A DNA stretch of 64,000 bases from an uncultured Actinomycetes bacterium (GCA_963737605.1 CAVTTE010000012.1:201744-265743); one strand, 5' to 3'; counted from the stretch's first letter, positions 1 through 11,029 are shown. The notes: generated by a model not told the origin, from the letters alone. Program-made: numbers and translations.

Positions 1-469
1 GCGCTGCAGGATTCCGTGCCAGAGCGACGGCTGGTCGACCCGCGCCGCCGCGCCGAGGTGCGTCTCGTCGACAGGGACCGGACGCCACCCCGCCAGCTCG
101 ATCCCCTCGGCGGCGCAGGCGTCGGCGACCGCGCGTCTGGGCGACGCCCACGGCGTCGTCGTCGCCGACGTCGAGGAACGCCGACACGACGCCGAGGCGA
201 TCGGCGTCGAGCGCGCGCCCGAGCTCCTTGGCGCCGACCCGGGCGAAGAACGGGCGCGGGATCGGGACCAGCAGGCCGGCGCCGTCACCCGAGATGCCGT
301 CGGCGGCGATGGCCTGACGGTGGCGCACGCACGCCAGCCCGGTCAGGGCGAGGTCGACGATCTCGCGGCTGGTGCCGCCGGATGCGTGCGCGACGAAGCC
401 GATGCCGCAGGCATCGAGCTCAGTTCGTTGACGGGCGTGCTGGCGCGCCGCGCGATCGAAGTCGGCCAA
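1..469 (-). CDS. gltB: Glutamate synthase large subunit, N-terminal fragment (gene runs off the window start; one apparent frameshift near ~140)
   Basis: Manual minus-strand translation from TTG at 469 gives [75 protein letters not shown]. This is the Cys-initiated Ntn-amidotransferase N-terminus typical of GltB. Further on, the sensible frame switches ([27 protein letters not shown]). Not in the ORF track (non-ATG start, truncated). Confidence 0.7.
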   Translation of the reverse strand, partial: MADFDRAARQHARQRTELDACGIGFVAHASGGTSREIVDLALTGLACVRHRQAIAADGISGDGAGLLVPIPRPFFARVGAKELGRALDADRLGVVSAFLDVGDDDAVGVAQTRGRRRLRRRGDRAGGVASGPCRRDAPRRGGAGRPAVALARNPAA

Positions 470-589
470 CCGAGGGACTCCTCGCTCCCGGGATGGTGCT
501 GTCGTTTCGGGGATCCAGCAGGAGCGACGACGCTGTCGCGGAAAGGCTCACGATAGCTGACGGACCGTGGGGCACCGCCCGCATTCGGC

Positions 590-1741
590 GTGCCAGCATG
601 CAGCGTGCCCGACGCCCAAGGCGGCCGGCCCGCACCGCTCGTCGCCGTGCTCGGCGGCGGCCAGCTGGGCCGGATGCTCGCGCTGGCCGGGATCCCCCTC
701 GGCATCGGATTCCGGTTCCTCGACCCCAGCCCGGATGCCACGGCCGGCGCGCTCGGCCTGCTCGTCGTCGGGGCGCTCGGGGACGAGACCGCCCTCGCGC
801 ACGTGATCGAGGGCGCCGCGGTGGTGACGTACGAATGGGAGGGCGTGCCGGCGGACGGGGCGCGCTTCGTCGCCTCCACCGGCACGCCCGTCCTGCCGCC
901 CCCGGTCGCACTCGACGTGGCGCAGGACCGCGTGCGGGAGAAGGAGCTGTGCCGCCGGCTCGGGATCGGAACCCCCGAGTTCGCGGCGGTCGACGACCGC
1001 GCCGATCTCGAACGCGCCGTGAAGGAGCTCGGCCTGCCGGCGGTGCTCAAGACCCGCCGCGGCGGGTACGACGGCAAGGGGCAGGCGGCTCTGCACGAAC
1101 CGGGCGACGTCGAGCGGGCGTGGTCGCAGCTCGGGGGTGTGCCGCTCGTCCTCGAGTCGCACGTGCCGTTCGACCGCGAGCTGTCGGTGCTCGCGGTGCG
1201 CGGCCGCGACGGCGCGACCGCGTGCTGGCCGCTGGTCGAGAACCACCACGACGGCGGGATCCTGCGCCGCAGCCTCGCTCCTGCGCCGGGCGTGACCGAG
1301 CGGCTCCAAGCCACGGCGGAGCGGCTCGTCGGGCAGCTCCTCGACGAGCTCGAGTACGTGGGCGTCCTCGCCGTCGAGCTCTTCGACGTGCACGGGGAGC
1401 TGCTCGTCAACGAGCTCGCGCCCCGCGTGCACAACTCCGGTCACTGGACCATCGAGGGCGCGGTCACGAGCCAGTTCGAGAACCATCTGCGAGCGATCCT
1501 CGGCTGGCCGCTCGGCTCGACAACCGCGATCGGCGTGAACGCGATGGTCAACTGCGTCGGCGCCCTTCCCGACCCCGGCTCGGTGCTCGCCATCCCGGGC
1601 GCCCACCTCCACGACTACGCGAAGGCGCCGCGCCCGGGCCGCAAGGTCGGCCACGTCACGATCACCGCGCCGGACGCCGACGAGCTGCGGGCGCGCGTCG
1701 CGCGACTGGCGGGCCTGCCCGGGGTGGACGTACCGGCGTGA
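590..1741 (+). CDS. purK: N5-carboxyaminoimidazole ribonucleotide synthase (ATP-grasp)
   Basis: Intact ORF 590..1741. PurK-type motifs are present: [55 protein letters not shown]. Confidence 0.9.
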   Translation: MPACSVPDAQGGRPAPLVAVLGGGQLGRMLALAGIPLGIGFRFLDPSPDATAGALGLLVVGALGDETALAHVIEGAAVVTYEWEGVPADGARFVASTGTPVLPPPVALDVAQDRVREKELCRRLGIGTPEFAAVDDRADLERAVKELGLPAVLKTRRGGYDGKGQAALHEPGDVERAWSQLGGVPLVLESHVPFDRELSVLAVRGRDGATACWPLVENHHDGGILRRSLAPAPGVTERLQATAERLVGQLLDELEYVGVLAVELFDVHGELLVNELAPRVHNSGHWTIEGAVTSQFENHLRAILGWPLGSTTAIGVNAMVNCVGALPDPGSVLAIPGAHLHDYAKAPRPGRKVGHVTITAPDADELRARVARLAGLPGVDVPA

Positions 1742-2685
1742 CGTCCGAGCCGCTGTCCCCCTACGTCCGGTTCACGCGTGACGAGTGGGCGCGGCTGCGG
1801 GCGGCGACGCCGCTCACGCTCACCGAAGGAGACCTCGAGCAGCTGCGCGGCATCAACGAGCGCATCGCACTCGACGAGGTCGCCGACATCTACCTCGCGC
1901 TGTCGCGGCTGCTGAACCTGTACGTCGCGGCCAGTCAGAACCTCCACCGCGTCAGCGACACGTTCCTCGGGAGCCCGGCGGCGAAGGTTCCCTACGTCAT
2001 CGCCGTCGCCGGGAGCGTGGCCGTCGGCAAGAGCACGACGGCGCGCATCCTGCAGGCGCTGCTCGCCCGCTGGCCCGACCACCCGCAGGTCGACCTCGTG
2101 ACAACGGACGGCTTCCTGTTCCCGAACCGGGTGCTCGAGGAGCGGGGGCTGATGGAGCGCAAGGGCTTCCCCGAGAGCTACGACCTGCCGGCGGCTGGTG
2201 CGGTTCCTCGCCGACGTGAAGTCGGGCCGGCCCGAGGTGAGCGCGCCCGTCTACTCGCACCTGACGTACGACATCGTGCCCGGCGAGGAGCAGGTCGTGC
2301 GGCAGCCCGACATCGTGATCGTCGAAGGCTTGACGGTGCTCCAGACGAGCGACGGCCAGGCCGGCCGAAGCCCCGCAGCTGTTCGTGTCGGACTTCTTCG
2401 ACTTCTCGCTCTACGTCGACGCCGACGAGGCCGACATCGAGCAGTGGTACCTCGACCGGTTCCTCACCCTCCGCGAGACGGCGTTCGCCGACGAGCGCTC
2501 GTTCTTCCATCACTTCGCCGCGCTGTCGGAGGACGAGGCGATCCAGGTCGCCCGCAGCATCTGGCAGTCGATCAACGGCGTGAACCTGCACGAGAACATC
2601 CTCCCCGACGCGCGAGCGGGCGCGCCTGATCCTGGAGAAGGCGCCCGACCACTCCGTCCGGGCGGTCCGGCTGCGGAAGCTGTAG
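1738..2685 (+). CDS. coaA: Type I pantothenate kinase (three frameshifts as assembled)
   Basis: Joined from the tail of ORF 16..2583, ORF 2198..2629 and the head of ORF 2385..3314. Motifs: P-loop [46 protein letters not shown], and C-terminus [29 protein letters not shown]. Frame changes near 2193, ~2375 and at C-run 2603-2606. The GTG start overlaps the purK stop (GTGA). Confidence 0.85.
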
Positions 2686-2758
2686 GCACACCGGCGGGAC
2701 GGCGGAGAAATCGCGGGCGGGCCCGTAGGGGATCGGCGGCTCGGAGCGATGATGGGGT

Positions 2759-3314
2759 CGTGAGCGAATGGCCCGAGGCGGCCGTGAGTGAGGGGACCGG
2801 AGCGGGCGAGCCCGATCGTGCCGCGTTCCTCGCCTTCTACCAGGAGGCGGTGCCCGAGGTGTACGGGTACTTCCTGCACCGGTGCGGCGACTCGACCACC
2901 GCCGAGGACCTCACGTCGGAGACGTTCCTCGCCGCCGTGCGCAACCTCGAGGACGGCCGGCCCGCCCCGCTCGATATCCCCTGGGTGATCGGCGTCGCCC
3001 GCCACAAGCTCGCCGACTACTGGCGTCGCCGCGCCCGGGAGGATCGCCTGCGCGACGCCCTCGAACAGGACCCGGCGCCGAACGAGGATCCCTGGGACGT
3101 GCGCCTCGACCAGCTGCGCGCCAACGAGGTGCTCGCCGCGCTCGGCCCGCACCACCGGCTCGCGCTCACGCTGCGGTACGTCGACGGATTGCCCGTGGCC
3201 GACGTGGCGGAGCTGCTGGGGCGCACGCCCAACGCCACCGAGGCGCTGCTGGTTCGAGCGCGGACGGCATACCGCCGCGTCTACCTGGAAGGAGAAGGAG
3301 GCGGTCATGACTGA
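2759..3314 (+). CDS. ECF-type RNA polymerase sigma-70 factor
   Basis: Tail of ORF 2385..3314. It has a region 2-like segment ([26 protein letters not shown]...[17 protein letters not shown]) and a region 4 HTH ([36 protein letters not shown]). The GTG start at 2759 is a guess. Confidence 0.85.
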
Positions 3315-4231
3315 TCCCTTCGAGAGCCCTGCGGCGCACACGCGACGCCGCGCCGCCCCGGCCCGCGTTCGTCGCCGAGCTGGCCGACCGGCTGCGCGTC
3401 GAGCTGGGCATCCGAGAAGGAGACGAGGCCACCGTGATGATGCGCACGGCGATGGGCGACATGCCCGTGCAAGGCGGGGTTCCCAACGCGCTCCTCGACG
3501 TCATCGAGGATCAGGGCTACGCGGTGCTCGAGAACGCGTTGTCGGCGTCCGAGGTGGGAGCCGTGCGCGACGCACTGGCGCCGTATCTCGGCGAGGGCCC
3601 GTTCGGGCGCAACGACTTCGAGGGCTTCCGGACCAAGCGCGTCTACAGCCTCCCGGCCAAGTCGCGCGCCTTCGACCGGCTCATCGAGGACGAGCGCGTC
3701 CTCGACGTGGCGGGCGGTCTGCTCGGGCCCAACTTCCTGCTGACCGCGGCGCTGGCGATCAACCTCGGCCCGGACGAGAGCGCGCAGGACCTCCACTACG
3801 ACGAGGCGTTCTATTACGGGTTGCCGCGCCCGCGGCGACCGCTGTCGCTCAGCACGCTGTGGGCGATCGACGACTTCACGGCCGACAACGGCGGCACGCT
3901 CATCGCGCCCGGGAGCACGCACTGGGGTGACGGCCGGCCCGACCCGTCCGTCGAGCTCGTGCCGCTCGAGATGCCGGCCGGGTCGGTCGCCATCTACCCG
4001 GGCACGTTGTGGCACGCCGGCGGCGCGAACACGACCGACCGGTTCCGGCTCGGCGTCTCGATCCAGTACGTCGTGGCGTGGGCACGTCAGCAGGAGAGCT
4101 ACCTGCTCGCCGTCCCGCCCGAGATGGCGAAGGACGTGTCACCACGCCTGCGCCAGCTCCTCGGCTACAGCATCCACCCGCCCTTCATGGGCCACGTCGA
4201 CGGCCGCCACCCCGAGAAGACCCTGGGCTAG
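3307..4231 (+). CDS. Phytanoyl-CoA dioxygenase (PhyH) family Fe(II)/2OG oxygenase with a short N-terminal extension (one frameshift at C-run 3327-3329)
   Basis: ORF 3434..4231 is intact and PhyH-like ([49 protein letters not shown]). The same frame is open back to 3311. ATG 3307 overlaps the sigma-factor stop and joins this frame if one C is removed, giving [34 protein letters not shown]. Confidence 0.75.
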
Positions 4232-5324
4232 CTAGCCGCCCTCCGGCCACAGCGAGAGGACGTGGCCGACGGCGGGGTCGCTGCGGCCGTCGACGAGCTC
4301 CAGGTACGCCGACTGCACCGCGTCGGGGCCGGAGCCGTGTTGGATCTGGACCCAGCCGTCGGAGAACTCGGCGAAGCGTCGCCACGCTTCGATCGCCCGG
4401 TCGTCGAGACCGGCGCGGCCCCACTCCTTGGTGCGCTTGATGATCTGATCCGGCGCGAAGAAGAAGGCCGGCGTGGCGCCGGGGAGCTCGGCGGCCGGCG
4501 CCCGTGGCAGGTCCCAGTGGGTGGCGCCGACCAGCATGCTGTGGGTGAGCCGATCGCCGTAGGCGTGGTGCACGGCGGCGCGGACCTCTGCGTTGCCCGC
4601 GATGTCGACGAACGCCGCTCGCTCTGCTCCCAAGTCCGTCGACGTCGTCGTACGGAACGACGCGGTCGTACACGCCGAGCCCTTCGACGAACGCGACGTT
4701 GCGCGCCGAGGTCAGACCGACGACTTCGATCTGCGGGCGTTGTTGGAGCAGGAAGGCGGTGCCGATCGCGGTCTTGCTCGACGCGCTGGACACGACGACC
4801 GCCTGGGCGCCGAAGAAGGCGTTGTCGTCGAGAAAGTCGTCGATGAGGAAGGACGTGAAGAAGAGCGGCCAGAGCACCATTCGATGGTCCTCGTAGGCGG
4901 GATCCTCCGACGGATCGGTGTCGACCCGGCGGTACCCGTTGTACGCGCCCGGCAGGGATGCGCGGTGCGGCGCGGTGTCGACGAATCCCCTCGGGTCGAC
5001 GCGGCCGGGTGTGACCACGAGATGCGTCGATGTCGGGAGATAGCCGTAGACACGCGCGCCGGAGGCGACGTCGTCGTTCCGACTCGCGACGACGTCGGCG
5101 TATCCCCACACGGGGATCCGTCCCCATGCGTCCGGTTCCGACGTGGGGAAGAAGTCCCAGTACTTGAGCGCGTCGCCCATCACGGCGTAGGTGATGTTGT
5201 TGGTCGTGAGAGCGAAGCGGTCGACACGCAGCAGCGCCTGTCCGGGTGCGAGGTCGGGCGGGTCCCCTTCGACGACCCGATACTCGTGGATGTCGGCCCG
5301 CTCGACCTCGAAGTCCATCGTCAA
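4232..5324 (-). CDS. DUF2855 family protein (one frameshift near ~4635)
   Basis: ORF 4185..5324 (head: LLRVDRFALTTNNITYAVMGDALKYWDFFP..VPVWGYADV) continues in ORF 4232..4633. The TTG start overlaps the stop of the upstream DinB gene (TTGA). Confidence 0.65.
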
Positions 5325-5782
5325 CCTCGAACGGCGAGGGCGTCGGCCGCGAGCTCCATGTGGCCGAGGTGCTGATACAGCTCCTCGAGGACGTGGAGCA
5401 CGATCGCGCCGTCGGTCCCGTCGCCGCCTTCGAGGAACTGCCGCCCCGTGCGGTCCGCTTGCGTCCGCCCCTCGTCGATCGCGGCGAGGTCCTCCCCGAT
5501 CTGCGACAACGTCGACGCCACCAAGGCGTGGAGCTCGGCAACCGTGGCGGTACTCGAGAACTCCGCTTCGCGATCCCGGTCGCTGGGACGGCCGAGGGCG
5601 ACGTGGCCGATCCAGAACTCGGTGACGGCGCAGGAGTGGATGATGAGCGCCGCGACCGCGTTCGTGTCCGTCCCGAGGGGCCGGTCGTTCACCCGCGTGT
5701 CACCGAGACGATCGGCCACCTCCAGCATCTGCCCGAACGCGTGGCGCATGTAGAGCTCCGCCGTCCCCCGCTGCAGCTCCAT
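5321..5782 (-). CDS. DinB-family (DUF664 / mycothiol-dependent enzyme-like) protein
   Basis: Intact ORF 5321..5782. It looks like a four-helix-bundle DinB-type sequence with conserved His positions ([25 protein letters not shown]). Confidence 0.6.
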   Translation of the reverse strand: MELQRGTAELYMRHAFGQMLEVADRLGDTRVNDRPLGTDTNAVAALIIHSCAVTEFWIGHVALGRPSDRDREAEFSSTATVAELHALVASTLSQIGEDLAAIDEGRTQADRTGRQFLEGGDGTDGAIVLHVLEELYQHLGHMELAADALAVRG

Positions 5783-5831
5783 GGCAGCAGTGTGTCACGG
5801 CGCGGATCCGTCCGAAGTAGCTTCGGCAGTC

Positions 5832-6846
5832 ATGACGATCTCGACGCGCACACTCGGCCAAGGTCTCGAGGTCTCCGCCCAGGGTCTCGGGTGCATGGGG
5901 ATGAGCCAGGTCTACGGGCCCGCCGACGAGACCGAGTCGCTGGCGACGATCGACCGGGCGCTCGAGCTCGGCGTGACGTTCCTCGACACCGCCGACGTGT
6001 ACGGGCTGGGCCACAACGAGGAGCTCGTCGGCCGGGCGATCGCCGGCCGCCGCGACGGCGTCGTCCTGGCGACGAAGTTCGGCATCGTCCGCCGGGCCGA
6101 CGACAACAGCTTCCGCGCCATCAACGGTCGACCGGAGTACGTGCGCAGCGCCTGCGACGCTTCGCTGGAGCGGCTCGGCGTCGACCACATCGACCTCTAC
6201 TACCAGCACCGCGCCGACCCGAACGTGCCGATCGAAGAGACCGTGGGCGCCATGGCCGAACTGGTCGCGGCGGGCAAGGTGCGCCACCTCGGCCTGTCGG
6301 AGGCGGCGGGCGACACGATCCGGCGCGCGCACGCCGTCCACCCGATCAGCGCGCTCCAGAGCGAGTGGTCGCTGTGGAGTCGCGACATCGAGGAGGACGC
6401 GCTGCCGGCCGCCCGCGAGCTCGGCGTCGGAATCGTGCCCTACAGCCCGCTCGGACGCGGGATGCTGACGGGCCAGATCCGCAGCGCCGACGACCTGTCG
6501 CGCGGCGACTTCCGCCGTGGCACGCCGCGCTTCGAAGGCGACAACTTCTCCCGCAACCTCGAGGTCGTCGAACGCGTCGCGCACGATCGCGACCGAGAAG
6601 GGCGTCACCCCCGGTCAGCTCGCGCTGGCATGGGTGCAGGCGCAAGGCGACGACGTCGTCCCGATCCCGGGCACCAAGCGCCGCACGTACCTCGAGGAGA
6701 ACGTCGCCGCCCTCGACGTGCAGCTCAACCCGGACGATCTCGCCGAGCTCGAAGCGGTGGCGTCGACGAGCGCGGTGGCGGGCCCCCGGACCGCCGACAT
6801 GACGTGGGTCGCGGGCACGACGCCTGCTCAGACGGCCTCGAACTGA
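5832..6846 (+). CDS. Aldo/keto reductase (one frameshift near ~6580)
   Basis: ORF 5781..7082 from Met18 ([59 protein letters not shown]) continues in ORF 6517..6846 ([41 protein letters not shown]). Confidence 0.85.
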
Positions 6847-7524
6847 GCCACGTACGCGAACGGCGAGCCGTAGCGGCGCACGAACCGCGAATCCGCACGC
6901 CTCGGCGCGTGATCGCAGCTCGCGCAGCGACGTGTAGTCGGGGTCGAGGAGCACTTCGCCCACGGCGAGCCGCCCACCGGGGCGGAGGACGCGGCGCAGC
7001 TCGCGCAACGCGACGTCCGGGATCGGGGATCTCGCCGATCACGGTGACGAGATACGCGGCGTCGAACTGCTCGTCCGGGTAGGGCAGTTGGTCACCGGCC
7101 TGCCCGTGCGTCGGGCGTGATGTTCGTGATCGACTGGTCCTCGGCGCGGCGCATCACCGCGTCGAGCATGTCCTGCTGCACGTCGAAGACGTCGAGCGTC
7201 CCCGCCGGCGCGATCCACTTCGCGACCTGCACCGCGTGCCGGCCCGTCCCGGACCCGATCTCGAGCACGTGGTCGCCCGGTGCCGGCTCCACACCCTGGC
7301 GCAGCAGGCCGGGCGAGATCGGATGCGGCAACGCGAGGATCCACCGCAGCGAGTACGGGAAAGGACCTCGCGAGTTGCGGCTCCACCGTCGCGACGCGAC
7401 GCCCAAGCCGGCGGCGCCCAGCCCCAAGGCCACCGCGAACGTCAGCCGCCTTCGGAGGAGCGCGTACCCGGCCGCGAGGAGCGCGGCGAGGGAGCCGAAC
7501 CACGCGCTCGTCTTGCTTCCGCAT
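6828..7524 (-). CDS. Class I SAM-dependent methyltransferase with an N-terminal hydrophobic segment (at least 4 frameshifts as assembled)
   Basis: Pieces of minus ORFs 7039..7692 (ATG 7524), 7092..7805 ([18 protein letters not shown]; motif [14 protein letters not shown]), 6725..7042 ([26 protein letters not shown]), 6346..7008 ([20 protein letters not shown]), and a last frame ending [10 protein letters not shown]. The 3' end overlaps the AKR 3' end. Confidence 0.65.
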
Positions 7525-7531
7525 GGGACGG

Positions 7532-8713
7532 CTACTTGATGGCGCCTGCGTCGCGCAGCTTGGCCAGCTCGTCGGACGTGAAGCCCCAATCGGCGAGTGC
7601 CTCGTCGGTGTGCTGGCCCGGCTGCGCCGCTCGTCGTGTGATCGCGCCCGGCGTACGCGAGAACCGCGGTGCGGGAGCAGGCTGCAGCACACCGTCGTGC
7701 TCGACGACCGTGTCGCGCGCCTTGATGTGCGGATGGTCCGCCGCCTCGCTCATCGTGAGGACGGGCGCGAAGCAGGTGTCGGTCTGCTCGAGGATCGTGC
7801 ACCACTCGTCACGCGTCTTGGACTTGAACAGCGCCGTGAACTTCTCCCGCAGCGTGTCCCAGCCGCTGCGGTCCATCTGCGCCGGGAGGTCGGCGTCCGA
7901 CAGCCCCAACTTCTCGATGAGCTCGGCGTAGAACTGCGGCTCGAGCGAGCCGACCGAGATGAACTTGCCGTCGGCGGTCTCGTACGTGTCGTAGAAGGGC
8001 GCGCCGGTGTCGAGCACGTTCCCGCCGAGATGCTCCTCGTCGAACGCGCCCAAGGCCCGCAGGCCCCATGCCATCGCCATGAGCGTGGCGCTGCCGTCGA
8101 CCATCGCCGCGTCGACGACCTGCCCTTCTCCGGACGACCGCGACTCGAGGAGCGCGCACGCCACGCCGAACGCCAGCAACATGCCGCCGCCGCCGAAGTC
8201 GCCGACGACGTTCATCGGCGGAGTGGGCTTGCCACCCGCCCGCCCGAAGTGCGCCAGCGCGCCGGCGAGCGAGATGTAGTTGATGTCGTGGCCGGCCGCT
8301 TGCGCGTACGGGCCGTCCTGGCCCCAGCCCGTCATGCGGCCGTACACGAGCTTCGGGTTGCGGGCGCGGCACGCGTCGGGCCCGATCCCGAGCCGCTCCG
8401 CCACGCCGGGTCGGAACCCTTCGATGAGCGCGTCGGCCTGCTCGACCATGCGGAGGACGGTCTCGACGCCGTCGGGCTGCTTGAGGTCGACGCCGATCGA
8501 GCGCCGGCCGCGGTTCAGCACCTCCATCCACCCGGGATCGAATCCGCGCTCGACCGACTGGGCGCGGTCGACGCGCACCACGTCGGCGCCCATGTCGGAG
8601 AGCAGCATCGCCGCGAACGGCCCCGGCCCGATGCCCGCGATCTCGATCACCCTCACACCCGACAGCGGTCCCACGTCGTTGTCCTCCGTCGCGATCTTGT
8701 GTCGGGGCGACAC
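7532..8713 (-). CDS. Family III CoA-transferase (CaiB/BaiF; alpha-methylacyl-CoA racemase-like)
   Basis: Intact ORF 7532..8713. Motifs: GVRVIEIAGIGPGPFAAMLLSDMGADVVRVDR, LIEGFRPGVAERLGIGP, GRMTGWGQDGPYAQAAGHDINY. Confidence 0.9.
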   Translation of the reverse strand: MSPRHKIATEDNDVGPLSGVRVIEIAGIGPGPFAAMLLSDMGADVVRVDRAQSVERGFDPGWMEVLNRGRRSIGVDLKQPDGVETVLRMVEQADALIEGFRPGVAERLGIGPDACRARNPKLVYGRMTGWGQDGPYAQAAGHDINYISLAGALAHFGRAGGKPTPPMNVVGDFGGGGMLLAFGVACALLESRSSGEGQVVDAAMVDGSATLMAMAWGLRALGAFDEEHLGGNVLDTGAPFYDTYETADGKFISVGSLEPQFYAELIEKLGLSDADLPAQMDRSGWDTLREKFTALFKSKTRDEWCTILEQTDTCFAPVLTMSEAADHPHIKARDTVVEHDGVLQPAPAPRFSRTPGAITRRAAQPGQHTDEALADWGFTSDELAKLRDAGAIK

Positions 8714-8765
8714 TACCCCGACGCTGTCAGCGAACTTCCGTGCACCACCGGGCTACCGTCGCGCC

Positions 8766-9158
8766 ATGCCGACGATCCAACGCATCATTCCGCTCCTCGT
8801 GTACGAGGACATCGAGCGTGCGCACGACTTCCTCGTCGACGCATTCGGTTTCGGCCCCGGCGGCGTCGAGCGCGACGGCGAGGGACAGGTCGTGCACGGC
8901 GAGGTGACGGCGGGAGACGTCGTGATCTGGCTGCACCGGGTCTCTCCCGAGCACGAGATGGCATCCCCGCGGACGATGGACGCGCAGAGCGGCGGGCTCG
9001 TCGTCCACGTCGACGACGTGGACGCGCACTTCGAGCACGCCCGTACCGCCGGCGCACGGATCGACAGCGAGCCGACGGACCAGGAGTACGGCCAACGGGA
9101 GTACGGCGTGCGCGACCTCGAGGGCCACCGCTGGTGGTTCGCGACCCCGCTGACGTAG
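8766..9158 (+). CDS. VOC/glyoxalase-bleomycin resistance family protein
   Basis: Last 130 codons of ORF 8280..9158, from ATG 8766 (IIPLLVYEDIERAHDFLVDAFGF ... YGVRDLEGHRWWFATP). Confidence 0.75.
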   Translation: MPTIQRIIPLLVYEDIERAHDFLVDAFGFGPGGVERDGEGQVVHGEVTAGDVVIWLHRVSPEHEMASPRTMDAQSGGLVVHVDDVDAHFEHARTAGARIDSEPTDQEYGQREYGVRDLEGHRWWFATPLT

Positions 9159-9172
9159 TTCGCTTGCCGCGC

Positions 9173-10005
9173 ATGGTCGAGACGCTCGCCTCCGGCTACG
9201 GGCTCGTCGAGGGGCCGACGGTCGACGACGAACGGGAACCTGTACTTCAGCGACGTGCTCGGGGGCGGCGTGTACCGGCGCGACCCCGACGGCGACATCA
9301 CGACGGTCGTGCCGAAGCGCCGCGGCGTCGGCGGGCATCGCGCTCCACGCCGACGGCGGCGTCGTCGTGTCGGGCCGCGACATCGTGCACGTCCGCGACG
9401 GGGAGAACCGCACGCTGTACTCCATCGACGGGCTCCCGGGGTGGAACGACATCTGCACGGACTCCGCCGGTCGCGTCTATGCCGGCTCGATCCGCTTCGC
9501 CGTGTTCGATCCGGACGCGACGCCGGTGCCCGGCGAGCTGTGGCGCATCGACGCCGAGGGCGATGCCAGCTGTCTCTATGACGACGTCCTCCACGCCAAC
9601 GGCGTCGTCCTGTCGCCCGGCGGGCAAACCATCTATCACTCGGATACTCGCAACAGCGTGATCCTCGTGCACACGCTCGCTGCGGACGGCACCGCCGGCG
9701 ATCGCCGCGCGTTCCACTTTCCACCGGGCGCGCCCGACGGGATGGCCATCGACGCGCAGGGTCTCCTCTGGGTCGCGTCCGCGCGCGCCGGATGCGTCGC
9801 TCGGCTGACCCCCGACGGCGAGATCGACCGCGTGCTCGACGTGCCGGCGCAGACGGTCACGTCACTCTGCTTCGCCGGCGAGGATCAGCACGACGCTCTA
9901 CGTCGTGACCGCCGACAACACCGAGGACCCCGACCGGCGCGGCACGATCTTCCGCATCACCGCCGGAGTGGGCGGCGCGCCGGTGCACCCGGCACGGCGA
10001 TCTGA
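9173..10005 (+). CDS. SMP-30/gluconolactonase/LRE family protein (at least 3 frameshifts; 3' end uncertain)
   Basis: Joined from ORFs 7280..9661 (MVETLASGYGLVEGPTVDDE), 9255..9581 (GGGVYRRDPDGDITTVV), 9367..10005 (long beta-propeller stretch: PGELWRIDAEGD, ANGVVLSPGGQTIYHSDT, PDGMAIDAQGLLWVA) and 9905..10282 (TADNTEDPDRRGTIFRI). Confidence 0.7.
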
Positions 10006-10029
10006 CCGGACCTGGGGCACCTCCAACAA

Positions 10030-10050
10030 GGGCCGGGGTTCCCCCGGCCC
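10030..10050. terminator. GC-rich hairpin between convergent SMP-30 genes (GGGCCGGGG-TTC-CCCCGGCCC)
   Basis: Perfect 9-bp stem with a 3-nt loop, read directly from the sequence. It lies between two convergent 3' ends. There is no T-tract. Confidence 0.45.
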
Positions 10051-10075
10051 CGGATCGAGACGATGGTTGGCTGGA

Positions 10076-10095
10076 GCACTTGCGCAAGCAAGTGC
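10076..10095. terminator. Second hairpin between convergent genes (GCACTTGC-GCAA-GCAAGTGC)
   Basis: Perfect 8-bp stem with a 4-nt loop, about 10 nt past the stop of the minus-strand SMP-30 gene. Confidence 0.4.
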
Positions 10096-10105
10096 GACCA
10101 GAGAG

Positions 10106-11029
10106 CTAGAACGCGAGCTTCAGGCCCGGCCAGGGCCACGGCGCCGACACGAGCTTGCCCGTCGCCGAGCAGGTCACGAACGCGGTGCGCAGGTCGTCGC
10201 CGCCGAAGCAGACGTTGGTCACCATCGGGTCGGGGAACGGCACGTGCTCGAGCGTTGCTGCCGTCCGGCGCGATCACGGTGAGCCCGCCGTTGACGAGCG
10301 TCGCCGACCACGACGTTGCCGTCGCCGTCGACGGCGAGGGAGTCGAAGAGCTGCATCCCCGGGCAGCCCGCAGACGAGCTCGCCGCCGTTGCCGACGGGT
10401 GGCGCCGGTGCCGCGACCTCGCCCGGCCCGGCGAGGTCCCAGGCGAACAGCCGGCCCGTGAACGTCTCCGCCGCGTAGACACGCGTTGCCGTCGGGTGAG
10501 AGGCCGACGCCGTTGGGGCCGTCGAGCGGGTACACGACCTCGCGGATCTCCGAGCCGTCGGGCGCGCGTAGTAGAGCGCCGCCGTGGGTCTTGTCGCGCT
10601 CGCGCCACCGGCCGTGGTCGGTGAACCAGAACCCGCCCGTCGTCGTCGAACACGAGGTCGTTCGGGCCCGATCAGCTGGTGCCCGTCGCACTCGCGGTAC
10701 AGCACGGTGACCTCGCCGGTGGCGAGGTCGACGCGCTCGATGCGGCCGCCCGAGTGATGTCCCGGGCAGGTAGCTGTCGGGGATCGTGAGCCCGCCCATG
10801 TCGTGCGAACCCGTAGCCGCCGCTGTTGCACACGTACACCGCGCCGTCGGGGCCGATGGCGAGCCCGTTCGGGCTGCCGCCGTTCTCCGACACGATCTCC
10901 TTCTTGCCGTCGGGTTGCACCCGGACGACGGTGCCGCCGCAGGAGCTCGACGCACAGCACGCTGCCGTCCGGCATCCACACCGGGCCCTCCGGGAAGCGC
11001 AATCCGTTCGTGATCTCGGTGATCTCCAT
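10106..11029 (-). CDS. SMP-30/gluconolactonase/LRE family protein, paralogue (at least 6 frameshifts as assembled)
   Basis: Pieces of minus ORFs 10274..11059 (MEITEITNGLRFPEGPVWMPDGSVL), 10672..11517 (GGTVVRVQPDGKKEIVSENGGSPNGLAIGPDGAVYVCNSGG), 9957..11135 and 10219..10653 (WFTDHGRW, PNGVGLSPDG, QLFDSLAVDGDGNVVV). The last frame ends GKLVSAPWPWPGLKLAF*. Confidence 0.65.

Noticed and set aside
16-2583. Very long ORFs with Arg/Pro/Ala/Gly-rich translations. Examples are the first ~570 codons of 16..2583, 7280..9661, 343..1434(-), 5246..6802, 14938..16362, 48892..50874(-) and 30181..31116(-).
   Set aside because: These are typical off-frame or antisense open frames in ~70% GC DNA. They have low-complexity RRPRR-type text and no motifs, and each overlaps a frame with clear homology-type motifs.
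3245-3262. A tRNA T-arm-like string (ggttcgagcgcgg).
   Set aside because: It lies inside the region 4 coding sequence of the sigma factor, and no cloverleaf can be drawn around it. No tRNA or rRNA was detected anywhere in the window.
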